DNA of 60,179 bases, counting the filler, from Jimgerdemannia flammicorona (Eukaryota): assembly GCA_003990765.1 (NCBI GenBank). It is 3 parts of 3 records of this genome, joined end to end, with 100 filler letters (N's around TTAATTAATTAA, not from the genome) between each part and the next. Parts side by side here need not be neighbours in the genome. Positions count along the whole stretch, not along the records: positions 20,096 to 40,088 come from RBNJ01001784.1; 2 more parts are not named here. One strand, given 5' to 3'. The notes beneath the pieces are model-generated. The model ran no database searches and had not been told where the DNA came from. It worked only from the letters and a program-made list of their open reading frames with translations. A program made the position numbers and the translations under genes. This document shows, piece by piece, positions 22,828-36,380 of this stretch (its first letter is position 1; every line of letters begins with the position of its first letter).

Positions 22828-25800
22828 TAAGCAGCAATGTCCTATGAGCTAAAATATGTGGCCATGGTCCACTGGCTTATTGAAAAGTATGCAGGAAACA
22901 AAACCTGCCACAAGGTTCAAGAATCCATTATAGGGATGAAGATGAATCTTGGAGAATCACCTAGAGCCTTCTTCATAAGAATTCAGAAGAGAATGCATGC
23001 TGCTGGGTTCAATGCCACCAACTAGGACATCATAGGTCTAATGATCTTCATGAATGGAATTCCCCCAAACATTGCCCAGCATGTCTGCACCCTAGGCATC
23101 AGAAGGTCTGAAGAGCAAGTAGATGTAGCCCAAGGATTCTTTGATGTCAGATAAAGAACTACCTGGAGTGATCATGACAAGAAAGAAGATAAAGAAGACA
23201 TCTTGGTCAAAGCTCTACAAGGACTCCTTCAAGGACAAGAAAGATCTGAAGAAAGAAGGCCAACAAAGAAGGAAAGAAGGACAGAAGTGAAATCCAAGAC
23301 CTCAGCTCCAAGTTGGACCGATTGGTTGGACAGATTGAAAAACTCACTATACGTGAAAATCGGAGCTACATACCAAGACAACAGAGGATACCCACCACAG
23401 AGGAGCCAAGGTTATCCACTAAGAGATAACAGGAATTATCAGCAAAAAGAAAGAAGATACTCTGTCTGAGACAGAGCCCAAGTCCAATGTTTCCACTGTA
23501 GACAATTCAGACACTATGCCACTGAATATGACAATAAAAGAAGTGATTGAAGGGACTCAGAATCATCAAACTAAAGGAATGATACTCAGTACAAAAAGAC
23601 TGAAGCTCATTCTGTTGAAGATTTCGATGAAATAAGCAACAGTGAAGACTACAGTGACCTAGACTTGTATTTTACCAAGGTTACTGCTTGGAAAACAATC
23701 TATCTAGTAGAAAAAAGAAAGAGACCTGTAGGAAGACTATCCAGGAATATCAGCAGAAGAATCATCCAAGAAGAAGATGAGAAATATGAAGAGGAACAAG
23801 TGGAAACACCCCCCTGGACTCCTTCACCTTTTGTTCCTGAAACAAATGAGCTACCACCAGAGAATAAAGAAATAGAATAAGAAGAATGGGAACCTGCTGC
23901 TTCAAAGCCCAAGAAGAAGTACACCCAGAAGACTATACCTAGAGACATCTACAATGAAGCCTGGCAGAAGATTCAGGAGACCAAGATGGAAGTTCCTCTT
24001 CTGCAGTTCCTGCAACTGACACCAGCTGGAGTCCAAAACAAACTGCTGAGAACCACCAGGTCTAGTACTGGTTGAGTTCCAATCTCACAGTAAGAACCAG
24101 TTTCCATCTCTGTCCAAGCAGCTGAAAGACATGTCAGCATCTACCTATATGGAGATATTGAAGAACAAAAGGCAAAAATCCTCATAGATACAGGAGCAGC
24201 TGTCTGTGTCATTGCCAAACGATTCCTGGATACCCTCCAATGGCCCATTGATAGACCATCCAACCTCAGCATCATAGTAGCAAATAGAGCCCAAACTCAA
24301 CCCCTTGGAGAAGTATGAAATATCACTATCTCCTTTGGACACATTTAGTTCTCTATCCCCAAAGCTGTTATCACAGAAGCTGTCATCTATGACATGATTC
24401 TTGGCACCAACTGGATGAAGGAAATGAATGCAGTTGTTGATATTGGTCAACAAGTACTCAAGTTTGACTACTGAGGCAAGAAGTATAGAGTTAAGGTGAC
24501 TAGCTATGAGCAATCAAAGAAGAAGAAGGAGGTCACTATTTAGGAGGAATATGCTAACAGTGAAGAATCTACTACAGAAGAAGAGGAAGAGTCTGAAGAT
24601 GGAAATGATCCCAGACTCAATCCCCAAATTAACCTGGTGGATAACAGACCAGAAGACAATGTGAGGGCCAAAAACACCATTCCTATCACTATTGAAGCCA
24701 TTGCAGAAGAAATCAAAGGATGCCCTACCTGCCTCAAGAGACACAAATGTCTCAAGCATTCCTCCAAGATCATGGGAATAAGGAAATCACCTGGCACAGC
24801 CTGCCCAGAGTGCAGAAAGAAGAAGAAGAAATGCAGATATATTCCAGAAACACCTGCAACCAAAGCTGTAGAAGTATAAGCAATTTGAGATCAAGAATCA
24901 TTTGAGGAAGAAGAAACTTCTGACCAAGGAGTTTCTGAACAAGAAGTATCTGAAGAAGAAGAGGTCTCTGAACTCATTCCCTGGAATGACCCTCAATAGA
25001 CACCACCTGAAGACAATGACCCTTGGAATATAGAAGAAGGACCCAGTACAATTACCATTATCTCCAAGAAAGAAACTTACCATGAAAAGACTTTTCAGCT
25101 AGGAAGATGTCCACACCAAATTATCTTCTACTCTCCTCAGGACTATTGCTACCAGTGTCATCTACTAGACCAGCAAGAAAGACAGAGACCCCAAAGACCA
25201 GAATCTCTGAATACACTTGCACAGTCAATCACCTTCCAAAAGTTACCACCAAGCTGCAAAGCCAATTCAGAGGACAAGGCCTCTTTACCCAACAGAAGTA
25301 TATTCCTTGTCTACTATTTCACCAACTTATGACCAAGATGGATACTGATTCCCAAGACAACAAGAGATCAACAACTGGGAACATCATTTCTGAGCAATGG
25401 GATATTACAAACATAGAAGACATCTAGACTGCTGAGATTGCAGATACCAGAAGATTCACCTCAGTCATGATATTGCAATTCATACCTTGAAGAGAGGAGA
25501 CAACAGAAGCCAGATCTGAAAAAGCCAGACCAAGAAGCCAGGAAGAAGGACTCTCAAGATCTATGATTTAGGAGAAGACATTCTAGCTTTTATTAGACAT
25601 ACAACCTGCCAAGGATGGGCAGCAGATGCCACCAACTTCATGGAAGCCCTAGACCCTATAGGAAGAAGAGGAATCAACTATCTCCGAGACCCCTCTATGG
25701 AGCCAGATGGCCACACCTCAACCTCAGAGCCTGGAGGCTCTCTGCTAGTGGAGCTTTAGCTCTAGGATAGTCTGAACTCAGCAAGGACATTGCCCAGTAT

Positions 25801-28347
25801 GCCCTGCTACATCCCAAGGCCAAACCTCTGACCAAAGCTCACCCAGAAGATATAGGGTATGATCTTTACAGTCTAGAGGATGAATCTATCAAGTCTGGAA
25901 AAACCTTTATATTCAGAATCAGATTAGCCATGCAGCCACCCAAAGGAGCTTACATCCAACTGACCTCAAGGTCTGGACTTGTCAGACAAGGAATAACTAT
26001 AGAAGAAGGAACCATTGACCCAGGATATACAGGCGAAATCAAGGTCATTCTACACAACAGTAGTACAGAATGGCATCAAATCATTAGAGGACAGAAGATT
26101 GCCCAAGCAGTCTTCATGAAGGTCAAGACCCCACAATTGCAAGAAGTCTCCGAACTAACTGAAGGAACAAGACAGGCCAAAGGATTTGAGAGCTCAGACA
26201 AGAAGGAAGTACATCTCCTTCAATTCAACTATCTCAAGAGGAATGTTTCTCAGCAGGTGTACTGCCAACCAGTCAGACTATACAAGAACCTTATCCTGGA
26301 GCCTGGAGAACAAACCACCTTCGAAATCTTTACACCATTTGACCCCAGAAACCTTTTCTTTGAAGGAAGATATTCCATATCTGGACATAGAAGAACACAC
26401 ATTCTCTGACAAGATGAATCCAGTACACTCCTGAGCAACCAACCAAAGTTGGGAAACCATCATCTTGTCAAAAGGAACCATCATAGGACATCTGGTGCCT
26501 TTTCTCAACTGAACTCATAGAGAAGTTTATGAACTAAACCTATTGGGAAATGGCAAAAGGTCCCAGAAGAAAGGGAAGGCCTCTCTGCGACCCAGGAGAC
26601 AGTGAAGCCTTCCACCAACATTGGAGAAGAATTGACACCCCAACAACAGCAACAACTAGTAGAACTTCTCAACAAATATCAAGATATCTTCACTACTGAT
26701 TATGGCAACCTGCCATATAATTCATCATACCACCACAACATAAATATAGGAAATGTAACACCCATCTGGCAGAAACCCTATAGAATACCCCATTACTTAA
26801 AAACATTCGAAAAGGAACACATTTAAGAACTCTTAGACAATGGAGTCATCCGACCCTCCATCAGTCCCTGGGCCAGCCCTATACTTATTGTACCAAAGAA
26901 AGGAGGATGGAGACTCTGTGTGGATTACAGGAAACTTAATTCAGTCACCAAAAAGGATGCCTATTCTTTGCCCAGAATCAATGACCTTCTGGATCAGTTA
27001 CAAGATGCCAGATACTTCAGCAGTATAAAATTTTTTGCAGGATTCCATGAAATCCCCATAGACCCCAAAGACTTTCAAAAGACAGCCTTTCTTGCTCTAG
27101 GAAAACTGTTTGAATATCTCCAAATGCTCTTTGGACTTTACAATGCACCCCCCACCTTTCAGAGAATGATGAATTCAGTCTATATCCCCTTGATCCACCA
27201 CTGCCTGATTGTATATATGGACAATTCTAACATCTATTCAGCAAATTTCAAAGAACACCTGCACCACCTAGAGGAATTCTTCAAGCTCACCTACAAGAAC
27301 CACTTGAGATTGAATGTAAAGAAATGCTACTTTGGGAAACAGAAACTTGAATTCCTTGGATTTATAGTCTTGAAAGAAGGAATCCATACAGACTCAAAGA
27401 AAACCAAAAAGATCAATAATTGGCCAGCACCCAAGACCTCAAAGGAAACATTATCATTCCTGATACTAGTATTCTACTACAGAAGGTTTATCAAGGATTT
27501 TGCCCAAATAGCTGCCCCAATCTGAATCCTTCTCAAAAAAGAAGTGCCATTCAAATGGACAGAATCACAAGAAACAGCCTTCAAAGAACTCAAGAACTAC
27601 ATGACTACAGCACCAATCCTTGTATGCTCCAATCTACAGAAGCCATTCATCTTATATACAGATGCTTCCAAAGATGGCCTAGGAGCAGTTCTAGCCCAAG
27701 AAGGACCTGACTAACAATACCATATGATAGCCTATGCAAGCTGAGCTATCAATCAGCAGTAGACGAACTATGGTAGCACCAAACTGAAATACCTTGCAGT
27801 TATATAGGTGGTCACTCTGTTCAAGCATTACCTCATCAGAAAAAGGTTCACTCTGATCACAGACCATACAGCCCTCAAATGGCTATTCAACTACAAGAAA
27901 CCCACAGGAATCCTAGCCTGCTAGATTCTTATTCTTCAGGATTACAAGATCACCATCATCTACAAAGCAGGGAAAGCTCACAACAATGTTGATGTGCTTT
28001 CCTGTCAGCCCCAATAAACCAGAAGAAGGGTGTCCTGAGGAACTACACCCTAAAGGAAGCTTCTTAGACCATCAAGACACAAGAAGATCTCATCCAAAAA
28101 GAACATCAGAAAGCCCACCAGAGACAGGCAAATATAGAAGAGAAGTTGTGAACAACACACCAACATTGGCTCAACCTCAGAATACAAGTCCAGGACATAC
28201 TCAAGAAATATGACACCTGCCAGAAGTACCAAGGAAGGAAGAACTATCAAGCACTATTGTAACCAATCGCACCACCAGACAACATCTTTCAAAGATGGGA
28301 AATAGATGTAATTGGACCTCTACTAGTCACACCAAGAAGAAACAAAT
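22828..28347 (+). pseudogene. Inverted gag(C-term)-protease-dUTPase-RT-RNaseH-integrase(N-term) segment of element 1
   Basis: KILIDTGAA protease (~24175), dUTPase GYDL/SRSGL/GTIDPGYTGEI/IAQAV/KGFESS (~25801-26200), RT DYRKLN..LPRI..YMDN (26920-27525), RH YTDASKDGLGAVL, IN DVIGPL at the right end. Confidence 0.9.
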
Positions 28348-28720
28348 TATCTGTCTTACTAGTTCTGAATCTGGGTTGTCTGCAGTTTGATGGAAAATTC
28401 CTCTGGCTGGTTCTCTGAGCTGAGCCTTGTAAATGGTGATTTTTCTTTCATCTGAAAGATTCCTCAGGGCTGCGATTCCTTTAATTCTATCAAGAAATTC
28501 TCTGGGGTCTTCCTCTGGGTATTCTGCAAAGGTTGGCAATGAGGTGGCCATTTCATCATCACTTTCTTCTGATTCTGGTTCTGGTCTGGATTCCAATTCT
28601 GATTCACTTTCTGAGCTATCACTAGAGATGGGGGTGCTTGGGTATCCTGAGGATGGTGTTCTGGACCTTAGATGAAGTGGAATAAGCCTAGGTATTCTTG
28701 TAGGAGCTGCTTCCAATTCT
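28348..28720 (-). pseudogene. Element 1 gag N-terminal part
   Basis: LPTFAEYPEEDPREFLDRI...KAQLREPARGIF capsid-like motif downstream of the PBS. Confidence 0.75.
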
Positions 28721-29088
28721 GTGAGAGGTTGCGGTAAAGGTTCTATTGGTGAGATTAATGGGACTGATATGGGGTATCTGGCTGTAAGATTCTGAGCTTG
28801 TATAATAAGATCTTCTAGTTCTTATGCAAGTTCTTCAAAATCTCCAACACTGCCTGTGTTGTCTGGTTGATCTGATTGGGGATTTCGGGCTGTACTGCCT
28901 TTTGGTTCTGGTTGGAATCCTTCTGATGCTGGGTAGTTGGCAAGTCTTGATGTGATTACTTCTCTTCCTGTCTAGATACTGGTAATAACTGGTTCTCCTA
29001 TAGTGGCAGAGATTGGTGTTGGATCAAATGTATCCAGTTTGACTGTGGGTTCTTGTGAGCTGAAAAGTCACATTGATTTTGAAATCTT

Positions 29089-29104
29089 TCCAGTTGAGCC
29101 CCCA
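29089..29104 (-). promoter_or_regulatory. Primer-binding site, tRNA-Pro type
   Basis: TGGGGGCTCAACTGGA, 2 nt after the 5' LTR; matches PBS-Pro TGGGGGCTCG after CpG decay. Confidence 0.75.
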
Positions 29105-29106
29105 AA

Positions 29107-30420
29107 TGTAATGTGCCTGGCTCAATGGAGACAAATTACAAGGTTTGAGAGTTGATGTAGTTTGGCTTGAGCCCCCAGTTACTTTGTCAAAAAGTAACAA
29201 AATGTTCTAAGATTCCTGAGATCCTTGGTGTTTAGTGGTATAATAGTCAAAACTGGATATCTATAAGTGATTTATATGTCAATTTCCTAATTGGGATGGT
29301 TCTCTGGGTGTAGCAGCAATTTGTATATCTTTTCTTCTTGGGTTAACTGGAAATTGGTAGAATTTCATATATAGTATGATGAGTTCCTTATACATGATGA
29401 TCTGGCAATTTAGCAGTTTTCCTTCTTGGGTGACAATGATCTCCAAAAGTATGCAATTTCTGGGTGACAGTTTTGTATAGTGCAATAATCTCTGTATGGC
29501 ATTGGCAGACTTCTTATGTAATTTGATAGATAACTCAATTTGGCTCTCTGGGAATCATATGGTGTGAATTCTTCTTCTGAGAATAATAACTCGGATAGTG
29601 CAGATAATTTGAATAACTAGAAATAATCCTGGCAGTGAGTAACTCAATAACTTGGGCTCTCTGAGAACAATAGATAACTCAGATAGTGTAGATAACTTAG
29701 ATGACACAGAAACTCAGATGGCATGAATCAGGCTCTTCTGGGAATATAGATAACTTGAAAACAGCGGCAAAGTTCTTTCTTAAACTTGAGTGGCAAACTT
29801 CAGGCTTATCTGGCAAGCAAACTAAAAATGGACCCATTCTTTATATTGGAAAGTGGACCAGAGTGAAAAAAGGAGACCAATGCTCACAATCTCCTAGTAG
29901 TGGCTTTAGAGCAGGTATTTCTCCTAAGTGTTGCAATCCTTCCTAGATCAAGTGGCTTTTGGTAGGCATATCCCTTGAAGTGTAATAGACAGACTTGTCT
30001 TTTGCTTTTAGATTCAATTTCAGACTCTTCTTTATATTGGAAAGCAAACCAGAGTTGAAATGTGTTCTGAATTTCAGACTGAGATTTATTCACTCTTATC
30101 TCTGGAGTAATTTATACATTGTGGTTACTATCTGGTTGCTATGTGGCTAACTATAGATTACTATCTATAGTAGGTGTACAGAGTCTATACAGTATATATG
30201 ACCTATATAGTATACAGAGTCTGTACAGTGTACAGAGTCTGTATGGGTAAACAGACTCTTTCTGGTATATCTGGCTAATTATAAGTATGATGGGTATGAG
30301 TAACTATGATATACTGGAAGTCATATCATACTGGGAGCCTATGTCATCTGGTTAAGTAAGCTAATTGTTTACATCATCTGACTAAGTTATAATTCAGGTG
30401 GTATGTTTTGGTTTGTTATA
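29107..30420 (-). repeat. 5' LTR of element 1
   Basis: Direct repeat of 20230-21543; in the stretches compared, differences are transitions. Confidence 0.93.
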
Positions 30421-32039
30421 ATATATATCAAGTGAACTCTTGATAATATTAAGAGTTAGATTGACCAGATATTCCCAAATACTTTTTTTTACTTAATAAA
30501 GTATATCAGATATAATTATTGAATTAATATTTGTAAGAGATAGTTCCCATAGTATATTTTGGAGTTTAGTTGACAGATAATGTGATTTTTAGTAAAAAAT
30601 ATTTATTTGAAAATAAGTAAAATTAATATATATAGTTAGTTTCTACAATTCACACTCTTGAAGGCTCTTCTTAGCTATTTTATATTTGCCTTTTGAATGA
30701 TAAATCTGTATATTTACAACTACTCTCTATATTCAGAAGCTGTTTATAGAGAATATATCTTATCAAGATATAAAAATTGTAAGCAAGTAGATATATATTT
30801 TGGATAAACTTAATTTATATAGATCAGGCAGATCAAATATATTTATAGATAATTGACCATAAAGGACATAATTACTAGATAGCAATTATGAAGTTTGACA
30901 TCTAGTCTGTATATAATAATACTACTACAAAATATGTTCATGATTAGCTATCAAATAAAATTTTTATCTAAACAATTTTATAATTATAAATATTATCTTT
31001 TTTCTACTACAGATAGTCTATAAAGTATCCATGATATATATCTATAATATAGAACTACTTTTGCTTTATAAAAGAAGTCTTTTTTGGTCTCTTTGAGAGT
31101 CTCTTCAATAATCAGAAAATATGCAATTACTGGGAATGTATTTCGTAATATATTTACTAAATATATTTCGAGAGATTACTAATAGAAATATATAATAGAT
31201 ATATTTTGATATATTTAAGCAAATCACAATATATTTAGTCAATCTCAAGTAATACCAGAATTACTATTACACCAAGTGGAAATTTATCCTATAGTTTAAA
31301 AAAAGAATTATAGTCTATAAATAGTGAGTATACTGACTGATCACCTGTAAACTTAAAATTAATTATTATTTTATCTGTATTTGCTATCAAAAATCACTTC
31401 AATATATCTTAGAGTACTTTTGTATATAATCTGCAGTATAGTGTTTCTCTATATAAATAGACTATATATAAATACATAATGATCTACTTATCTGATCTAG
31501 CAAAGAAGATCACTAGACAGTATATATATATGTATCAGAGACTGCTAAACAAGGTGATGTAGTATTCAGACTTACTATTACTAGATAATATAAATACTTT
31601 AATACTTATTAAAGTATTTAGACTTAAGTCAATACTTATATTGATAATAATACTATCTCTACTATTGTAATTTGCTCTATTAAGTCAGATATATTATGAT
31701 ATATATTTTGTATAGAGTTTTGAACTATAGTTTATTTATTTATTTAAGTTTACTTATTATTTATATATAATTATAAGTATTAGATAGTATTTGCTTATAG
31801 AATATATTTGATAAGATAAAGTATATTATAAAATAATACAAATAGTAAGATAAATAATATTAGAATATAGTTAATAGAATAATTATAAATAGCAGAATAA
31901 TAATACTAAACTAGTAGAAAATGAATAAATAGTACTAAGGCTAATATAGTATTAAATACAAGATAATTGATAATTAATAATATAAGTGTACTCATAACTA
32001 TTATCTTCAGCTATATCTAAATCTCTATTAAAGTTTCAC

Positions 32040-32605
32040 TATAACTTCTAATATAAAAGTATTCTTATGTCTCTGAGTATAGTTAACTTCAATTTGAGAT
32101 AATAGTATTTTCTATAATTGAGAAGAGTAACTCATAAGAAATACTTGATATTACTATTACTAGTTAGTAATACATATGCCATAGTTATAAGAGTTGGAAA
32201 TTCTTTTTATAACTTTTCTACCAGTTTAGCAACTTTATCTTTTAGTTAGTAAATAATATATTACATTAGAGTTTTATCTCTTGATTGATATAGATAGTAT
32301 CAATATTGACTGATCTAGATAATACAAAAATCTCAAACTAGTCTTCTGTTAGATTTTAGAATTCTTCAAGAGCAATCTTATACTTTTTGAAAGTTTGAAG
32401 TAGTATAGTTATTTTAGCTAACTTTGGGTTAAACTCTGCATAGACTTTGATATAACTTTTGAGAAAATTGAGAAGTACTTTTGGATTTTAATAACTTTAG
32501 TCTTATTAATATATATCTGATAGAGATTGGAATTAATCTTTAAGTGAAAATCAAAAATAGTAGCTAAGCTGAATTCTGTAAGAAGTTTATCTAATAACTG
32601 TGAAA
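32040..32605 (-). mobile_element. Highly decayed hAT transposase C-terminus (dimerization domain), interrupted by LINE A
   Basis: ATIFDFHLK (~ATILDPRxK) and LLNW*KSYKKEFPTLITMA...SSISYELLFS; continues at 38496-38900. Confidence 0.6.
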
Positions 32606-32694
32606 CTTTTTTTTTTTTTTTTTTTTTTTTTATAGTCACTTAGACTCTGCCATTTATTACCTGTCTATTAATAAGTTTACAATATACCCTCTCA

Positions 32695-35600
32695 CTACTC
32701 GATCCCCATAGGGGTGCCACTCCCTCCACCTATACGAACAAAGACCACTTTCTCACCTGCAACTCCAACCCTTCCCCCACTCTGCCTACAGATTTTCTCT
32801 ACCAAATAACACCTTCGACCATCCTGCAACCCCCAACCATGCCACCAGCCTGTCAAGGTGTCTTCCATAAGGCTATGCCACCTCAGCAGCCTGACCTCTG
32901 AGCCAAGTCTCCTCCCATCCTCAAAAACAAATAACCAGTGACTGGCCAACCCTACCCAAATAGCCAAAGCCCAGCCTAATATAAACCATTCCTTCCCCAC
33001 CCCCCCCTCCAATCTATCCCTTAAATCCTCCCATCACCCCTGCATGCCAGCTCCCCTACACCTGACCCCCAGATGATCCCCAATGGACTGCCAAAAGATA
33101 CTAAGTACCTCACACTCTCCTAGCTAATGTTCAGGCATCTGCACATATCCCTCTTCCTGCCCTTTAATATAACACTCTTCACAGTCAAAGCAACCTCCCT
33201 CAATAAGGTGACCTGAGTAGAAGTTGAGCATAACATTCTGCCTCAGCATATGCCACCAGACCACCCAGTACTTCAGTGGCAGCCACCTCCTCACCTCAGC
33301 ACTCTAGGCCCAAATGCTATGCCAGTCCCACTTCTCACTGATTCCTACTCCTTGCCAACTGCTAGGCCACAGGTCCTGGCCTGGTCCCCATTGGCATTCG
33401 ATCCCATCACCAATATCAAACTCAATTAAGGGGACACTGCCCAGTAGCACTCGGTCCCATCTCTACATCGCTGGGTCCCAAGCTGTCTCCCCTTCATTTC
33501 CTTGCCACCTAATTCCAATACAGCACACCCCCTCCACCACTCCCCACCAGAAGCCTTTGTATTACAATTGTTCAGTGTTCCGAAGGCTGACAAGTGCTAG
33601 GAGATCACTAGTCGAACCCCTTGGAGAGGACCTCACCTCCCAGACTTTCTGCATTAGGGGGACCCAACCACCCCCTCTCAACTCCACTGCTCTCTTCAGC
33701 CACCATGCTCTCAAGCAGTGCAGCCTCTTAGGAAAGTCAACCAGCCCAAGTCCCCCACTTGCCACTGGTAAGGACAAGACCTCCCAGCTGATCTGACTCT
33801 GCCTTCCAGCCCAGATCCACCCCTTGGCCAGCTTCATCAATTGCTTCACTACCTAAGCTGGGAAGTCCAGATAATATGCCAGATACCACAACTTCAGCAG
33901 CCAATAGATGTTCAGAATCGAAATGCATCCTGTCAGAGACAATTGGCAGCCCCCCCAACTCTGCAGGGCCTCCTCCCAGATGCCAGCCCACTGCTCCCAC
34001 CAAAGTCTGGGCAAAACCAACCCATATACTGACAGATAAATACCCAAGTACCATACCACCTCACCAGCAGGGACAATGGTACCAATAATCTCCCCTCCTA
34101 CCAGACCATTGCCTAACACTATTGTTTCACACTTATGCCAGTTAAGCCGAGCCCCAGAGTTTGCCTCATACCACTCCACTGTTTCCTTGAGCTTCTCAAC
34201 ATCTGCAATCGATCCCAGGCCAACTACCATATCATCTGCAAATGCCCCTACTTTCCACCCAATGCCAAAGATAGAGAGCCCCACTATCTTCTGCCTGATT
34301 CTGTCCATGAAGGGCTCCAGGGAAAGAGCATACAAAATGGGAGACAGTGGGTCCCCCTGGGGCACCCCCCTACCCAGGGGAAATGCTACCCCTCTGTGTT
34401 CATTACACATGAGTGCAGCCCTACTTCCTTCCAGTAGACTGACCATGGCTGTCCTGAATTGGCATGGGACCCCAATCCTATCCAATACTTTCACCAGCCA
34501 GACCCATCACACCCAGTCATAAGCTTTCTCCTGGTCCAGAAAGACCAGACACCCATCCAGTCCACTGGCTTGTACCCCTTCAATAATGCCATGAACCCAT
34601 GCTGTGTCATCCCTAATGAGCCAGCCTCCTACAAAGCCCCTCTGCTCATCACCCAAGACTTGCTGGGCCACCTTTTGCAGCCTTGCGACCACCACCTTGG
34701 TAACCAACTTTCTGTCCATATCCAGCAACATAATTGGCCTCCAGTTCTTTCAGTCCTCTCACCTTCCTTTGTTCTTATACAGCAATGTCACCAGCCCCAG
34801 ATCCTGTTCCCCCACCCATCTCCCCATCTGTAGAATCCAATCACACAGTGCCATCATCTCTCCCAGTACTCCTGGGACTTCCACCATCTTTTTCCAGAAG
34901 TTCCAGGGCAGACCATCCTCCCCAGGCACTATACCCAAGGTTGTCGTGGCAAGAACCTGGTGAATCTCCTCTTCTTGTACCAGCAGTACTAAGTCACCCA
35001 GTCCATCTGCTTGTGTAGGGTGCCAATCCTCCAACACTTGGTCAATGGCCTCAGTATCTGCCCCACCCTCCTCCTCACTCCACAATCCACTCCAATGCTC
35101 CTTTAATGATCCAAGAATGTCTTGTCCACTATGCACTAATATATCATCAGCATTAAGCACCCCCTCCCATCTTTGTTGCACCCTTCTTGCCTGAAGGGCT
35201 CTTGTGAGAAACTTCGAGGGCCTCTCTCCTTCCTCCAGCCCCTGCCAATGAAGCCATGCTGCTAGACCCTGGACCCTCACCTCTTTCTCATTCTGCAACA
35301 TCTGTTGTAGTTCAATCACCTCTATTCATGCCCTTATCAATCTCCAGTCCTCTTCCCCCTCCAATGTCACCAGTCTTGCCCAGTCCTCCAAGAGTCTAGA
35401 CAGTCTACTGGAAGCCCACTGCACCCATCGCCTCCTCTGTTTCCCAGCCTTCTTACCAGCCTCACTCTAGTAGGTCCTGGCCATCTCCTTCATCCTCATC
35501 TACCGAATACCGACTGGGGCACCTTTCTGCCTCCAGTACTCCACTCTTAGTTGAATGTCTTTAGCCCACTCATCCCACTGGATCTTATCATCTAGTAAGG

Positions 35601-36350
35601 AGGAATTGAGACACCAATGTCCTGGTCCATCCCCACTCCCCCCAAAATATCCCTGCCCTAAAAGCCCCCAATGATCTGACCAAGGACACCATTCCACCTC
35701 CAGTGACTTCCAAACATCCAAGCCCCAGCAGCTGGCTGTCAGAATCCAATCAATCCTCATCCCCAGGCCCCCGGCCCAGTGTGTATACACTCTCCTGTCC
35801 CCTCAACATTCTCTACCTGCATTCATCAGAGCACTCAGTCTTCCACTTCCTCCTATACTGCCAGTCCTCCACTCCAACCCTCAGCTCCTCGTCCTCCATC
35901 AGTTCTATCTCTCAATATGTCTCGGACCATATTGAAGTCCCCACTGAGCATATCGACCCTGATCTCTGTAAGAATTCCACTCTCCTATAGGCTCTTCACC
36001 CAATCCACATACTTACCCTATACTGCAGGGCAGTAACAGGAGCTCACCATGACTGGCTCCCAACCTGTTCATATCCACTCTCCTCAGACCAATCTATCCC
36101 CCCAGCTCTGCATATCCCTTATCTCCTCTCTGCCCTTTCATACCAGAATCCCAACCTTGCCCTTCTATACTGCCTCACCTCCCCACTCCTTCATCCATTC
36201 CAGTCTATCTAAATCATCCTCACACCTGACATCCTGCAAGAGGAAGAGATCGGCCTCCAATTCCTTCAGCCAAGTAAAAATGTTCTTATATCGATAAGCA
36301 CCCCATAACCCATTCACATTTAAAGAAAAAATATTGGTTGTACTATTCAT
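32695..36350 (-). pseudogene. LINE A ORF2 (APE endonuclease + reverse transcriptase)
   Basis: FSLNVNGL, LLQD, GDFN, RIDWIL, SDH; PGEDGLP, FLDQEKAYDWV, QGDPLSP, FADD; multiple stops. Confidence 0.92.
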
Positions 36351-36380
36351 AGTGAAGAATGGTGTGTTATCCAGCTTTCT

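Larger units (their letters stand above)
20230..30420 (-). mobile_element. Full-length degenerate Ty3/Gypsy LTR retrotransposon (element 1; non-chromovirus, dUTPase-bearing, internal inversion)
   Basis: 1314-bp LTRs 20230-21543 and 29107-30420 (TG...CA, decayed to TA at 30420), ATAT on both flanks, PBS and PPT on the minus strand, gag/PR/dUTPase/RT/RH/IN remnants. Confidence 0.93.

Noticed and set aside
30421..32040. Very AT-rich stretch (organelle insertion or centromere?)
   Set aside because: No organellar gene recognisable; best explained as old, heavily C-to-T-eroded transposon DNA adjoining the hAT remnant
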